Under the pieces are notes generated by a model, which was not told the DNA's origin, did not search any database, and worked only from the letters and a program-made list of their open reading frames with translations. A stretch of DNA of 63,053 nt, filler included, from Reclinomonas americana ATCC 50394 (lineage: Eukaryota), in the NCBI GenBank assembly GCA_048213135.1. It is 17 parts of 14 records of this genome, joined end to end, with 100 filler letters (N's around TTAATTAATTAA, not from the genome) between each part and the next. Parts side by side here need not be neighbours in the genome. Positions count along the whole stretch, not along the records: positions 1 to 7,569 come from PS016064.1; positions 7,670 to 11,888 come from AFZH01016606.1; positions 11,989 to 14,923 come from AFZH01016607.1; 14 more parts are not named here. One strand, written 5' to 3'. The stretch's first letter is position 1. The number at the start of each line of letters is the position of its first letter. Shown here piece by piece: positions 1 through 12,774 of this stretch. A program made the position numbers and the translations under genes.

Positions 1-51
<51 letters not shown>

Positions 52-287
52 ATAAAGCACACACGAAGCATCTCCACAATCGCCCATCTCTCCTCTTCAT
101 TCCTTGCTCTCTCTCACTCACACACTCTCTCGCTCTCTCCCCTCCCTCTCTCTCTCTCTCTCACACACACACATTGCACACGAATCATCTCCACACTCAT
201 TCATCTCTCCCTTTCCTCCCTTCCCTTCCCCCCCTCCCTCCCCCCCCCCCCTCCCCTCCCTTCCCCTTCCCCCACGCAACAAACACC

Positions 288-447
288 CTCAATGACATGC
301 CGCACAGCACGCATGAGTGCATTGTGGGAGAGACACGTGTGCAGCTGCACCGCGTGCGGCGCCACAAACGCCAGACTGGAGGAGCGAGGTAGAGTTGGAC
401 CTCCTCCTCCTGTTGTTGTTGTTGTGGAGGTTGTTGAAGTGCTCATG
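288..447 (-). CDS. First exon of a hypothetical protein (MSTSTTSTTTTTGGGGPTLPRSSSLAFVAPHAVQLHTC...), continuing off the window start
   Basis: ATG at 447, then an open GC-rich stretch ending at a GT donor, followed by a microsatellite intron. Confidence 0.4.
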
Positions 448-1085
448 CGTGTGTGTGTGCCAACAGAGAGTGAGAGAGAGGTGAGTGACCACAGCGACAT
501 TTGACATTCGCGGGCATCCAGGCCGTTTTCCAGCTGGAACGGTGTTCAGTGTGAGAGGGAGAGGGAAGGTGGCGTTGTGTGTGTGCGAGTGTTGGTGATC
601 AGTTGTTTGTGTTTGAGCGTTGGCAAGCTGTTGATGTGAAGTCCGCGAAGAAGCTGCACATTGGACGAGCTCGCAGCGTCGTGTGTCGCTGCTGCAACAC
701 TCGTGAGTGCGTGGAAGAGAGACTGTGACCACGTCGCTCTGTAAGAGGGAAATGAAACAGGGAAAGTGGCGCTGCGCTGGTCTGATTGCAGTATTAAACG
801 CACCTCAGTCCTTTCCGATGATTCACATGCCGCCTAAAGCACTTCCGGTCCTTCACCATAAGGTACACTCATGTTGCAGTGAGCGGCGGTGCGCGCCGTT
901 GAGTGGAAGAGGTCGAATGCTTTTTTCTTGGACCCAGAAGAATTTGGTGCCACAGAGTTGACGGCAAAGGAGAATGCTGAGCCTCCTCAGTCGTTCTTCT
1001 CCTCGTTGCCAACCCGCACCTGCCGCCGCTGCAGTTGGTGCATGACACCACACGAGCCAAAACGCTGTCCTTCACCCGCTTTCAT

Positions 1086-4000
1086 TCACAACTCCAACGT
1101 GAACTGCCCACACGCCTCACGAATGGCTCGCATTCTGTCGAGCACCTCCTGTGCCGTAGGGCGATCGATGTCGCGCCGAAGGCTCATGCACCGCATGCCG
1201 AGCTCGAACATTGGTTCGGCAATGCGCGGCGTCCACTCCACGCCACCATCCACCAGCTCCATGACGTGCAGTGAGGCAGGCGAGCGATCCCAGGCGAGGG
1301 ACCACTCGCCCACTGTCAACACGGGTTTGGCGGTGACCAGCTGCACCAGCACCACGCCCATGCTGTACACATCGTGGTCCGGCAGTGGGCGTCTCGCCCG
1401 GATGGCCAGTGGATCCATATAGTCGAGTGTGCCGGCGACGGTGGTCGACTGGGAGAGGGGAGAGAGTGAGATAAAGGGCGTGAGAGGAGAAGGAGAAGAA
1501 TAACCGACCTTGCCATCTGCAATCGACCGCGCGATGCCAAAGTCACCGAGACATGGCTCGAAGCGGTGATCGAGCAGCACGTTGGCGGGTTTGATGTCGC
1601 GATGCACCACGTTGTTCTGGTGAGTGGAGAAAAGGGGAAAACAAGTGAGAGAAGGATCAGTAACGAACAGCACGACACGGAATGAGGAGTGTGGTGCGTG
1701 GAAAGAACGGCAAGGGGCAGAAGGAGAGTGAATGAGTGGACAAGAGGGAAGGAAGCGAGAGAGAAGAGCAAGACAGTTGATGAGCATCATGTTGAATGGG
1801 CGTGAAGAAAGGACGTGAGAAAGTGTGTGTGAGAGAAAGAGAGACGGAGGGAGGGGGGGAGTGACGAAGAACACGAGGCTTGCCAACGATCGCTGGCTGC
1901 TGCGTGAATTATAGTCGGGAAGCAGAGGATTCGAGAGACTGCCAGCAAAGAGTGAGAAGGAGATGCACGAGAGAAGAAGTGCTGAAGCAATGTGCAAGAT
2001 TGATTGAGACGGAGATCATTCTAACAGCGGACCTCGTCAAAGAAGTGGAGCAGAAAACATGAGTGTTCGCGAGAGACAAAAATAATGGAAGAGTCACAGG
2101 AGTGGCACGAGGGAAGCAGAGTGTAAGGATGACTGAGAGGGATATATTTCACGCAGCTGACCTTGTGAAAGAAGTGAAGCAGAGAACATGAGGGTTTGCG
2201 AGACAAGATGAGCACGAAAGAGTGACGAGAGGAAAAGAGAAACAGGGGCTCACGCTGAGAAAAGGATGACTTAGAGAGAGATCATTCTCACGCAGCGGGC
2301 CTTGTGAAAGCATTGGAGCAGAAAACATGGGGATTTGAGAGACAAGAACGGGACAAATGAATTACGAGGGGTAAAGAGGAAAGAGACCTGATGGAGAGTG
2401 AAAGAAAGACTGTGAAGGAGACTATTCTCATGCAGCGAACCTTGTGCAAGAACGCCACCGCCTCGGCCAGTCCGAGACCAATCTGCACACGCTGCACGAC
2501 AGAGAGGGGTGCCTGACCGGCACGTGGCAGAAGCAACAGATCCTCCAGGTTGGGGACCCTGTGTGCTCAACAGTGAGATGATGATGGAAAAGAAGAAGGG
2601 GAAGGAGAGAGTGAACGCACTGCAGGGCCTTGTACACGAGACAGCGTGCCTTGTCGTCGCCCACCGAGTAGCCGACAAGAGGCACAATGCGACGGTCACG
2701 CAGGCGTCCGAGGGTGGCGACCTGCAAGAAGGATGTGGATAAACAGAGGCAATGAAGAGGAGAGAGGAAGAGACAGACCTCACTCTCAAACGACTCCATC
2801 GTCCACGGTGCATCGGGGTCGAGCACCTTGATGGCCACATGCATCTCGCGAAGGAGGGTGATGAAGACGGCACCCTGACGACCCTCGCCGACCATCAGGC
2901 GTGGGGAGAAGGAGTCGGTGGCGTGCACGATCTCGGGCCACTCGAAGCGCTGTACGGCAGTGTCGACTGAGGAATGAGAGGGAAGGGAGTGAGATATGGC
3001 GCAGCTAAGAAGGAGATGATATGCATGCAGAGTAAAGAGACGCAGACCTTGAGCGAGGAGGAGTTCTTGTCGGAGTTGGGAGACGAGTTGATCTCTTTCT
3101 TGAAGCTTTACGGCGAGGTCGTCCTTGTCACGCAGAGCCACATTCAACTGGGAGGCGATTCGATCCCTCTCGGCCTGCAGTTGGGCATACGCTCGCTGTC
3201 CCTCAACATGCGCTTGCTGCCATTGCGTTACGGCTTGCTGCAGTTGCACCACTTGTTGCTGCTCTGCAGTATGCGCTTGCTGAAATTGGGTGACTTGCTG
3301 CTGCAGCTGAGCATTCTTCTGCTCCTCATCGACCTTGCCATGTTGCAGCTCAGCATTGGTATGTTGCAGCAGGGCCACAATGTCCTCGTGCTCTCGTCGC
3401 TGTCGATCCCACTCTCGCTGCTGTTGCTCCCGCTCTTGCTGAGCTGCAGCGAGATCGCGCTGGAATTGGGCAACCTGACGGGCCATGCTGTCGTCGTCGA
3501 CCACCTGGACACGAGGGAGAAGGAAAATTAAATGCAGGATGCACTCACGAACAGAGTCAACTCACCTGGCGTGCAGGCACTGCGTGTTGTGCAGAGCGAT
3601 ACCCGCAGGCACACATATGGAACAACAGTGTGAGAAGAAACAGCATCAGTTGAACAAACAATAGGAAACCAAACCTGCAGGTGGAGGAGGTGGGGGAGAT
3701 TGCGCCAGTTGTTCTTGTTGTTGTTGACTTGATGGTGCTGGCTCCGCGGCGAAGCGGTCGAGTAACTCGGCCACTTGCTGCTTCTCGTTGTCGCGTGCCA
3801 ACTGAGCTGCTGTCTTGCCAACCTTAGTGACCATGGGAATGAGGTCGGGAAAGCGAGTGGCGAGGAGTCGCACAATGGCTTCCTGGCCATTCATGGCAGC
3901 ATAGTGTAGTGCAGTTACACTGTGACAGTAGCGCGCCCGCACCATCTCGGGCAGAAATCGTCGCTCATCGGCAAGTAACCACTCCACCACTTGCAAATGT

Positions 4001-4360
4001 CCATTCAAGGAAGCCGTCATCAGCGGCGTCCAGCCATGGTCGGTGATCAATAGTGCGAGTTGCGGCCCAACACCACTCTCCTCCCACAGATACTCCAACA
4101 CAGAAAGATGGCCTTCGCAGGCAGCCCAGAGAAATGCCGAGCCACCTTCACTCATCTCCTCGTTCTGCAGCAGCGTCTGTGCGCCCTCACTCGCCACCAA
4201 CTCGCGCAGTGCTTGCACATCGCCTTCCAACCCCATCTCGAATGCTTTCATCCTAAGCGGTTGACTGCCAGTTCAACAAAACCACAAACAACGAGAGTGT
4301 GAGTGAGTTGATGAGTCGCAATCTGACAACAACAACATGACACAGACAAGCACACCTCAT
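1086..4360 (-). CDS. Ankyrin-repeat / coiled-coil / Pelle-IRAK-RLK-type Ser/Thr kinase, copy 1 (multi-exon)
   Basis: Start micro-exon ATG AG|gt at 4360. ANK exon ~4266-3680 (GWTPLMTAS, TALHYAA, GKTAAQLA). Q-rich coiled coil ~3504-3048. Kinase exons ~2967-2780 (FEWPEIVHATDSFSPRLMVGEGRQG, VAIK), ~2721-2620, ~2558-2441, ~1616-1510 (HRDIKPANVLLD, GDFGIAR) and ~1449-1086 (STTVAGTLDYMDP, DVYSMGVVL, RPT). GT-AG phases checked at several junctions. Confidence 0.9.
2030..2450 (-). repeat. ~140-bp degenerate tandem repeat (4 units) that begins at a kinase exon/intron junction
   Basis: A CAAG|GT(T/C)CGCTGC...GAGAAT-like motif recurs at ~2441, 2301, 2162 and 2032. Confidence 0.75.
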
Positions 4361-4796
4361 TTTCTCGACGCGAATGCCAGCAGAGACACTCGACGTCGCA
4401 CACAGACACACGACACTGCCTTCTCCTTGCCCTGTTCCGCGTGTCCTGTTACATGCTGCGACGTCCGTTGCCTTGTCCACACGCAAAACACGCCAAGCAC
4501 TTTCCTCACTTGCATTCACTCAAAACTGCCAACAGACCCCCAGAAACCACCAACATTGGACCTCACAAAAGCATGCGCACTTCGAAGTCGCAGCTCCGGA
4601 TATCGATCCTGCATCACTTGCACCGCCATTCTCTGCGCAGCTGCATCAAGCAGCCCTGTTTCCTCTTCATCGCCCTCACATAGTCATCAACATCCTCACA
4701 ACTAATCCCGCAAGTAGACAGGAAGAGCGTCGTCCTGACAGCCTTGAGCAAAAAAGCTGTCAGATCCCGGCGTCGACTTGTCACACGAAACCCGTC

Positions 4797-7569
4797 ATGC
4801 AGCAAGACGCAAACCCGTGAGTCTCTCTCCTCCTCCTCCTCCCCCTCCTCCTCCTCCCTTGTTCTCTTCTCCTTCTCCCTCTTCTTGTTCTTCTTCTTCT
4901 CCTCCTTAAGGCATTCATCACACCGAAACCCTCACTCTTCGCTCTGTGTGCCTGCAGTGCTCGACAAAAGGCATGGGAGCTGGCGCGAAGAGGCGATGTG
5001 GACGCGCTGCGTGAGTTGGTGGAGAGCGAAGGCGGTCAGACGCTGCTCGACCGGAACGAAATGGAGGAGGACGGTGGCGGCTCGGCCTTTTACTTTGCCG
5101 CCTGGCAAGGCCATCTCGACGTGTTGGAGTTCCTCATGGAGGAGAGCGGTGTTGGTCCGCAGCTTGCGCAGAAGCTTACCGATCATGGCTGGACGCCGCT
5201 GATGAAGGCAGCCGACAATGGACACTTGCAAGTTGTGGAGTGGTTGCTGGCGGATGAGCGACGCTGTCCGCCACAGACGGCTCGGGCGGTCGCGCATCAT
5301 ACCTACACCTACCCGCAATCCACGGCACTGCACTTTGCCGCCTCACAAGGCCACGAAGCGATTGTGCGGCTGCTAGCCACTCGCTATCCCGATCTCATTC
5401 CCATGGTCGACTGCAACGGGAAGACGGCGGCGCAGTGGGCACGCGACGCGGGCAAGCGTGAAGTGGCTGATTTGCTCGATGGAATGTTACGTGCGCCACA
5501 GGCGCAGAGACCACGGCCAGTGATCTCTACTCGTCGGTCGGCGCAGCAGAGTGGTTGTGTGGTTCTCTCCTCCTACTTCTCCTCCTTATTCTTGCTCTTG
5601 TTCCTTTACTCCTTCTTCTTCTTCTTCTTCTCCTCCTCCTCTTCTCTCCTCCTCCTCCTCCTCCTCCTCCTCCTCCTCCTCCTCCTCCTCCTCCTCCTCC
5701 TCCTCCTCCTCCTCCTTCTCTCTCACCCTCCTCCTCCTCCCTCGCTCCCTTCCCCCTCCTCCCACCCCCCTCCTTCCCCCTTATTCCCCCTCATCCTTCC
5801 CCCTTATTCCCCCTCCCTTTCCCCCACAGCACCCTCCTCCAATCCCTCCAAACCCGCTTCGCCGACGCCCAGCGCCACGTCGAATCGCACGTCACCCCCG
5901 CCCACGCACAAATCATCGCCGACTGCCTCCGCCACTTCACCGAGCTCCTCGGACCCGACGACACCGACTGGACACTACGTGCCGCACATACCCACGCCAT
6001 CTGCCTCTCTCACCTCGACGACGATCAACACCGCGCACTGGCCGTCTACGAGGACACATTGGCGCGTCGTCGTCGATTGCTGGGTCACGACCATCGCAGT
6101 ACGCTCCTTTCGGCCTCGGATACGGGTCATGCGTTGAGCGTGGTCGGACGGCATGAGGAGGCCGTGGCGCTGTTGCGCGATACGCTGGCGCGGCAGGTGG
6201 AAGAGGTTGACATACGAAGGACCATGTATCACTTGGTGACTGCGCTGGCCGCTGTCGGTCGACGACAAGAGGCGGTCGACGTGGCGTTCGACTTGTTGGT
6301 GCGACAGCGGCAAGCACTCGGCGACGATCATGTTGAAACGCTGACAACCATGTACACAGTGGCCGTGCATCTCGTGCACCTCGGCGGCCGCTACAACTTG
6401 CAGACGGCAGAGGCGTTGTTCAGGGATGCGAAGTGGCGCGCAGTGCAGGCGCTCGGCGCCGACCACTGGATCTCCACCAATTCACGAATGGGTCTGGAGA
6501 GTGCGAGCGGTCATCTCGCGGCTGCTGAGAGTGGTGCGGCTTCACACACTCTCCTACCATGCACTCGTTGCACTCACTTTTCCGCACCGTGCAGAAGTCA
6601 TCAAGATCCATCACATGGCACGCCTGAGTGCCCACATGGCACGCCTGAGTGCCGTAGAACTGGCGGCCTTTGTCGTCGAGCTTGAGGCGATCGTGTATCG
6701 GCGACGCGAGATTCTTGGCGCGAAGCATTCTGAGACCATCTCGGCGGAGACGGATCTCATGAGAGCACGCTCCGCTCTTGCTTCGCGCATACAGCAGCAC
6801 GAGGCAGTGGCCGTTGGTTTGTATGCGTGCGCTCACTGCCCCCGCCTTGCACCGTTGGTTCATAACAAGTCTGCGCACCGCAGAGCCACCGGTACCGGCA
6901 CTGGCGCGCCTGTTGGCTGTCGAAGCCCGCGCAAACGACGCCGCTGCGCTCTTTTACGCGCAGGATTACGCCGCCGCCGCAACTGCGTTCGAGCAGTGCT
7001 GGGCGGATTACGTTGCCTTGCGAGGCGCCGACGACGCCTGCGCCCTGCAAACGGCCTACTCGCTGGCGGCATGCCATGTGCGGAGGGGCCGCCATGCCGA
7101 GGCCTTGCCCGTTTTCCAGGATGTCCTGGCTTGCCGGCGTCGCGTTCTCGGCGACGATCATCGCGAGACGCTGCTCACCGCCGCCGATGTCGGCAACACG
7201 CTAGCCACACTCGGTCGACACGATGAGGCGATCCCTTTGCTTCGCGATACGTTGGAGCGACAGACGCACGCACGACTGCGCATGCATAGTGTCAAGGATG
7301 CGGTGCGGACGTATCAGTATCTGGCCGCCGCGCAACCTGCTCGATCGCCACAGGCTGCGGCCGGCAGCGGTGGAGCGGTCGTTTTTAGTCGGTTTGTGGC
7401 GTGCTGCAACTGCACGGAGAGTGGATTGGAGTGGTGCTATCTCATGGCGTGCGGTCATGGCAATTGTCGGGAATGGTTTGTGTGCCGCGCAATTGGCCAG
7501 GGTGGTTTGTCGCTCACGCTACGGGTGCGCGTGCAGTCTTGCTGCGGCGCTTCAGGAGCACATGGCCAG
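4797..7569 (+). CDS. Ankyrin-repeat + TPR (kinesin-light-chain/TPR_10-12-like) protein, 3' end runs into the linker
   Basis: MQQDANP|gtgagt start exon. ANK exon from 4959, paralogous to the kinase genes. TPR exons ~5830-6530, ~6595-6813 and ~6884-7569 with motifs such as RRRLLGHDHRSTL, RQALGDDHVETL and RRRVLGDDHRETL. The phase of the ANK-TPR junction was not resolved. Confidence 0.8.
5630..5716 (+). repeat. (CCT)n microsatellite in an intron
   Basis: Direct inspection. Confidence 0.95.
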
Positions 7570-7830
7570 NNNNNNNNNNNNNNNNNNNNNNNNNNNNNNN
7601 NNNNNNNNNNNNNTTAATTAATTAANNNNNNNNNNNNNNNNNNNNNNNNNNNNNNNNNNNNNNNNNNNNAAAAGGGGGAAGCAAAGGGAAAGGGGGGAGA
7701 AGGGAAAGGGAGAATGAGGGCGTTGGAAAGTATGAATCATGCAATTTTCGGGTCCAGAAATGAAAAAAAAAAGAGAAAGAAAACGCGAAGGATGGGAGTA
7801 ACAACTCAAACGTCAGACCACGAAACGCAC

Positions 7831-8704
7831 CTGTTCGACGCTGCACACAGCAGCACGCGGTGGTCAACATTTCGACGTGTGCCGCAGAAGAGCTGACAGA
7901 TGATCTCCACCACGGTGGCGCTCTTGCCAGTGCCGGGTGGTCCCCAGATCAGCAGAGGCGGCAATTGGTCGCCTTCTGCGCTTCAGGGGTGAGATCCTGT
8001 TCCTTCTCCCCCCACCCTTCCCCCCACCAACCATTCGGGATCGTCGCACTATCAATGGCGCGATGCTGCCGCTGATTCGGCACCAGTCCACTGTAGAAGC
8101 GGTCGATCGGCGGGGCCGACAGCTGCAGTGCCAGGCCGATCTCGTCTTGCTCGGCCGTGAACTCGGGGAAGAGCAGGGTGCGGTAGACGTGCTCGGATTC
8201 GCGGTCGTCGTTGCAGCGGAGTGGGATTTGTTCGAGGGACCAGTATTGGCTGCGAAGAGGGGGAAGGGAGGGGAAGGGGGAAGGGAGGGGGAAGGGGAAG
8301 GGAAGGAGAGGGCGAGGGGGAAGAGAAAGAGAAGTTAGCACGTAACCCGTTCGAGAGAACGAGAAGAAGAGAGCACAATAAAACAAGAGGTCGAAGGAAA
8401 GAGAGTGAGGAAGCAAACCAGTTCCGCCTCCTAAAATGAAGTGACGACAAGCTTGCAAACGAGAGCACCAGGAGACAAGAAATTAAGAATATGGAATGCA
8501 AAAAAAAGTGACGCGCAGTGTAGAGGCGCAGTCGTCGCGCGACAAGTCCACAAACACTGTCACTCACCGAGAGGCCTCTCGGTATCACGTAGTGCATCCG
8601 CTTCCCTCTCTCTCTCACTCTCTCAGTAAATTGCTGCAACTCCCCTCTCTCTCCAAAGCTCAATCTGTCGCATACTGACAGACGTGGCATCCCACTCTCC
8701 ATCA

Positions 8705-8737
<33 letters not shown>

Positions 8738-11700
8738 CCTGACACACTCTCACTCCACACCGAGAGACAGCATACTCTCTCCATCTTTCTCTCTCTCGCA
8801 GAAAACCGGTAACTCACTGCAACCCTCCCTCTCTCTCGCACACACGCACGCACACACATATCACACGTACACACTGCATCAGTGTACGATTCGCAAGACA
8901 TTGATTGACAAGATGAGGCCTTTCTATCCCTATCCGTTCTCGTCAAAAATTGCTCACGCCCACTCTTTGTCCTGCTCTCTCTTCCCTTCCCCCACCCTTT
9001 CCCTTCCCACCCTTCCCCTGCGTGCGCACCGTCTCACCGGCAACCGATTGGCCCTGAAAAACACATTGTAGTATCGATTCGGTTCAAACAGCGCCGACTC
9101 GAACTGCGGGCTGGGGCACACGAGTACGCTGTCAAAGTTCAGCTCGTGAATGATGCCCTCCCACAGCAGGCGCGGCCGGGCGTCGTCGACGGCGTGAATG
9201 TACACCGAGTCACCTGGGCGCGCAAAGGGAGACGGAGGGAGAGAGGGGGAGGGAGGGCCAGGGAGTGAGAGGGAGGGAGGGAGGGAGGGAGGGAGATGGA
9301 AGGAGGGGGTGAGAAAGAGAGGGAAAAGAGAAGAGAGGGAGAGGGAGTGAGAAACAGAATGAGAGGGAATGAGAGAAAAAAGAAAAGAGAAAAGAGAATG
9401 AGAGGGAGCGAGAAAGAAATGAGATGAAGTGAGGAGAATGCGAGTGAGTGAAAAGGAAATGAGAGGGAGAAAAGAGAGAAAAAAAGAGGAAGACAATGTG
9501 AGAAAGAAAGAAAACAGGGAACAGAAAGAGAGAGAGTGAGAAAGAGAATGAGAGGGAGTGAGAAAGAATGAGAGCGAGTGAGAAAGAATGAGAGGGAGTG
9601 AGAAACAGAATGAGAGGGAATGAGGAAGAGAATGAGAAGGAGTGAGAAAGTGAATGAGAGAAAATTAGAAAGAGAATGAGAACGAGTGAGAAAGAGAATG
9701 AGAGAGAGAAGAGAATGAGAAGGAGTGAGAAAGAGAATAAGAGAGAGAAGAGAACAAGAGAGAGAGAGAGAAGAGAATGAGAGAGAAAGAGAGAAAAAGA
9801 ATGAGAGGGAGCGAGAAAGAGAATGAGAGGGAGTGAGAAAGAATGAGAGGGAGTGAGGAAGAGAATGGGTGAGAGAAAACAGAATGAGAGAGGGTGCGAT
9901 AATGAGAGAAAGTGAAAAAGACAATGAGAGGGAGTGAGAACGACAATGCGAAGGCAGGAGAACGAGAATGAGAGGGAGGAAGAAAGAAGAGAGAGAGATA
10001 GAGAGAGAGAGAGAGGACGAGAGAAGGAAAAGGGAGAGAGGCAGAAGAACGATTGAGAAAAACAGAACAACGAAAGAAAGAGAGAAAAAGAAAAGGAGAA
10101 AAGTCACACAAAGAGAAAAGCAGAGAGAAAAAAAGCGAGAGAAACACAGAACGAAAAGGAAAGAGAGAAAGAGGAGAGAAGCTGGCAAGAAGAACATCAA
10201 CTGGAAGTGCGCGAACCTCGCATAACGGAGGGGCGACCCTCGGACAGATTCGGCACCGGAACCTCGTATAGCTCTTCGGCGTTGGGGCGGCTCATCATGC
10301 GGCGCAGCTTCTCCGTCACGCGGTACGTCTCAATCTCCTGGCTCGTGTACACGTCTTCGAGCAGGAGGAGCAGGTTGAAGTGCACGGCATAGGTCTCAAA
10401 GTGGAGGCGACCCATTTCTGCACAATGACAAGTGTGAGACGCTGTCTTGGCAGAGAGTGCCACAACGCACGCACTCTCCAGCTCCGCCAGCACGGCTGGC
10501 ACGTCCAGATCCTCCGGCAGGTCATAGAAGGGCAGCTGGAATTGATAGATGGGTTTGCTGTGCGACACAAGAGTGAATACAAGGACGATTCACAACCCCC
10601 TTGACCCCAGAGAGACAGAGCATGTGAAGGCAGACCACGTCCATGTATCTGAAACGCACAAGAGAGAAAGACAGAGGCTCCCTGACACAATCCCCTGCAC
10701 AGCAACTCATGAAGGAGTGAAAGAGATGGCAAAGCAAGAACTGAGAGAGAGCGCCGCCAAGTTGACCACGAAAACGCATGAATCTGACAGGCAGAGGGGA
10801 GAGAGAAAGAGAGAGGGAGAGAGAGAGAGAGACAAAGAGAGGCTGAAAGAGAGAGCAACAGAGCTTCTGCAAGGCAGACCAAGTTGCGTCCAAATACTTG
10901 ACACGCACTTCGGAGAGAGCAAGAGGGGAAGAGACAGCTTCTCCAAACCAGACCACGTCAACTCCACGAACAGAGGGGGTGTGTGAGAGAGAGGCAGAGA
11001 GATATGGCAACGCATGAAGATGAGATCACGAGACTCTCAAAGAGAGCCTCTCAACTCAGACCACTTCAATCTACCGCACTTGGCACGGACATGAGTGAGA
11101 CAGATGGCAAAACACGAAAGGAAGAAAAGCAGAAAAGAACAAAAGAGAGAGAGAGAGAGCTGATCCAAGTCAACCCGATGACTTTGCCATGCGCTGTCGT
11201 AACAGAGAGAGGCAGACACTGAGAGAGGAGTTCTCCGACTTCAGCACTTGCGCTTGGCATACAGACAAGAGATACACAAAGAAAAGCAAGAGCGGGAGTG
11301 CGGAAAACAGAGTACAAGTCAGATCACGTCAAGTACATGCGTTTTACACGACGGGGGAGATAGAGCCAAGATGTCGACGAAGAGACAAAAAGAACAAACA
11401 CGAAAGACATCGTACGAGAGACTAGATGCAACACAATGCGAACCCCTTCCTCTCATCTCTTCCCCCTTCGCCCTTCCCCCCATTCCCCTTCCCCCTCCCC
11501 CCTTTACCCCATTACTTACTTCCTTCGATCCCCCTTCTGGGCACCGCCGTAGAACGGCACTCCGGGCACCACCTCCCAGTACTGCCCGTTGAGCTTGATC
11601 CGCACCGAGTCGGTGCGGGTGAGCTGGAAATCCTCCGCTCTCCCCGCGTGATGCCCACCGCCGCGCCCACCTCGACCACCTCGCCCGCCTCCACGTCCAC

Positions 11701-11888
11701 CACGACCGCCGCCGCGGTCATCACCACCACCACCACCCCTTCCCCTTCCACCTCCTCGTCCTCCGCGACCTCCACCATCTCCTCGCCCACGCCCTCCACG
11801 CCCACCACGCCCGCCGCGCACGTCCTGAAAGTGGCCACCACCTCGATGCTCGTGGAACACGGGCGGGGCGCGACCGGCGGGCGCCAGC
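7831..11888 (-). CDS. MOV10: MOV10/SDE3/Armitage-like SF1 (Upf1-like) RNA helicase with RGG-rich N-terminal region; truncated by linkers at both ends
   Basis: Exons: RGG-rich 11888-11520; ~10418-10217 ([13 protein letters not shown]...[14 protein letters not shown]); ~9213-9037 (DSVYI...EGIIHEL...[12 protein letters not shown]); ~8249-8032 (LLFP...NQRQHRAI); ~7975-7831 ([20 protein letters not shown]...VLLCAASN). The GxxExRPSVxRGD motif is characteristic of the MOV10 family. Confidence 0.85.
9290..10190 (+). repeat. Purine-rich degenerate ~22-24-bp minisatellite (GAGAAAGAGAATGAGAGGGAGT-like) in a helicase intron
   Basis: Direct inspection. Confidence 0.85.
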
Positions 11889-12774
11889 NNNNNNNNNNNN
11901 NNNNNNNNNNNNNNNNNNNNNNNNNNNNNNNNTTAATTAATTAANNNNNNNNNNNNNNNNNNNNNNNNNNNNNNNNNNNNNNNNNNNNAGAGCGAAGGGG
12001 GAGAGCGAAGGGGGAGAGCGAAGGAGAAGAGCGAAGGGGGAAGGGGAAGGGAGAAAGGGGGAAAGGAGGGAAGTAGATGGGGGAGGATGGGGGAGAGAAT
12101 GGAAGAGAAGATGAGGAGAAGATGAGGGAGAGAATAGGGAGAGCGAAGAGGGAGAAGAGAGAGAGGCAGAAGGGAATTGACGGGAAAGACGATGGGGGAG
12201 AGCAAAGGGAAGAGACAAGAAAGTGTCTTAAACGTATTTGTACTCTACAACTCTCTCTGCTACCTATACTTCATCGTCAAGGATGAATGGTTTAGTGCGT
12301 GAGAGGTTGTTCTGTGCGCCTCACGTCCGAGTTCGCTCTGTGCCACTACTACCTGCCTCTGCTTCTTGCACATTTCTTGTCTCTTCTCCATGCTCTCCTC
12401 CATCGTCTTTCCCGTTAATTCCCTTCTGCCTTTTCTCTCTTCTCTCTCTTCGTGTTCTCCGTTTCTCTTTCTCCTGTATCTTCCCCCTTCGCTCTCCCCA
12501 CTGTGCCTCTGATTCTTGCACATGAGAAGCTGCTCCCTCTGCTTCATTATCAAGGACGAGGCGTGTGCAGGAGTGGCTCTTCTCTGCTTGCCATGCACGC
12601 AGTCTCTGGTCTGTATTCGCTCTGTCTGACGACGTGAGTGTAGTGAAGGATGCCAAGGGGAGACAGCGGGAGCGAGAGGCGGTATAAGATGGGAAAGAAA
12701 CTGACACTCCCTCACGGCGCGACACATAGAGAAAGAAGAGCGATAAACAAAGTGATTCTTTGCCCACCAAACTC

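Noticed and set aside
7570..7669. Recurrent N-TTAATTAATTAA-N blocks (about 16 in the window)
   Set aside because: Artificial 100-nt linkers with stops in all six frames; not biological repeats.
9139..10200. Long S/L/F-rich ORFs (also 14972-15943, 25390-26346, 35960-36667, 60690-61328)
   Set aside because: These are translations of microsatellite or minisatellite introns that happen to lack stops.
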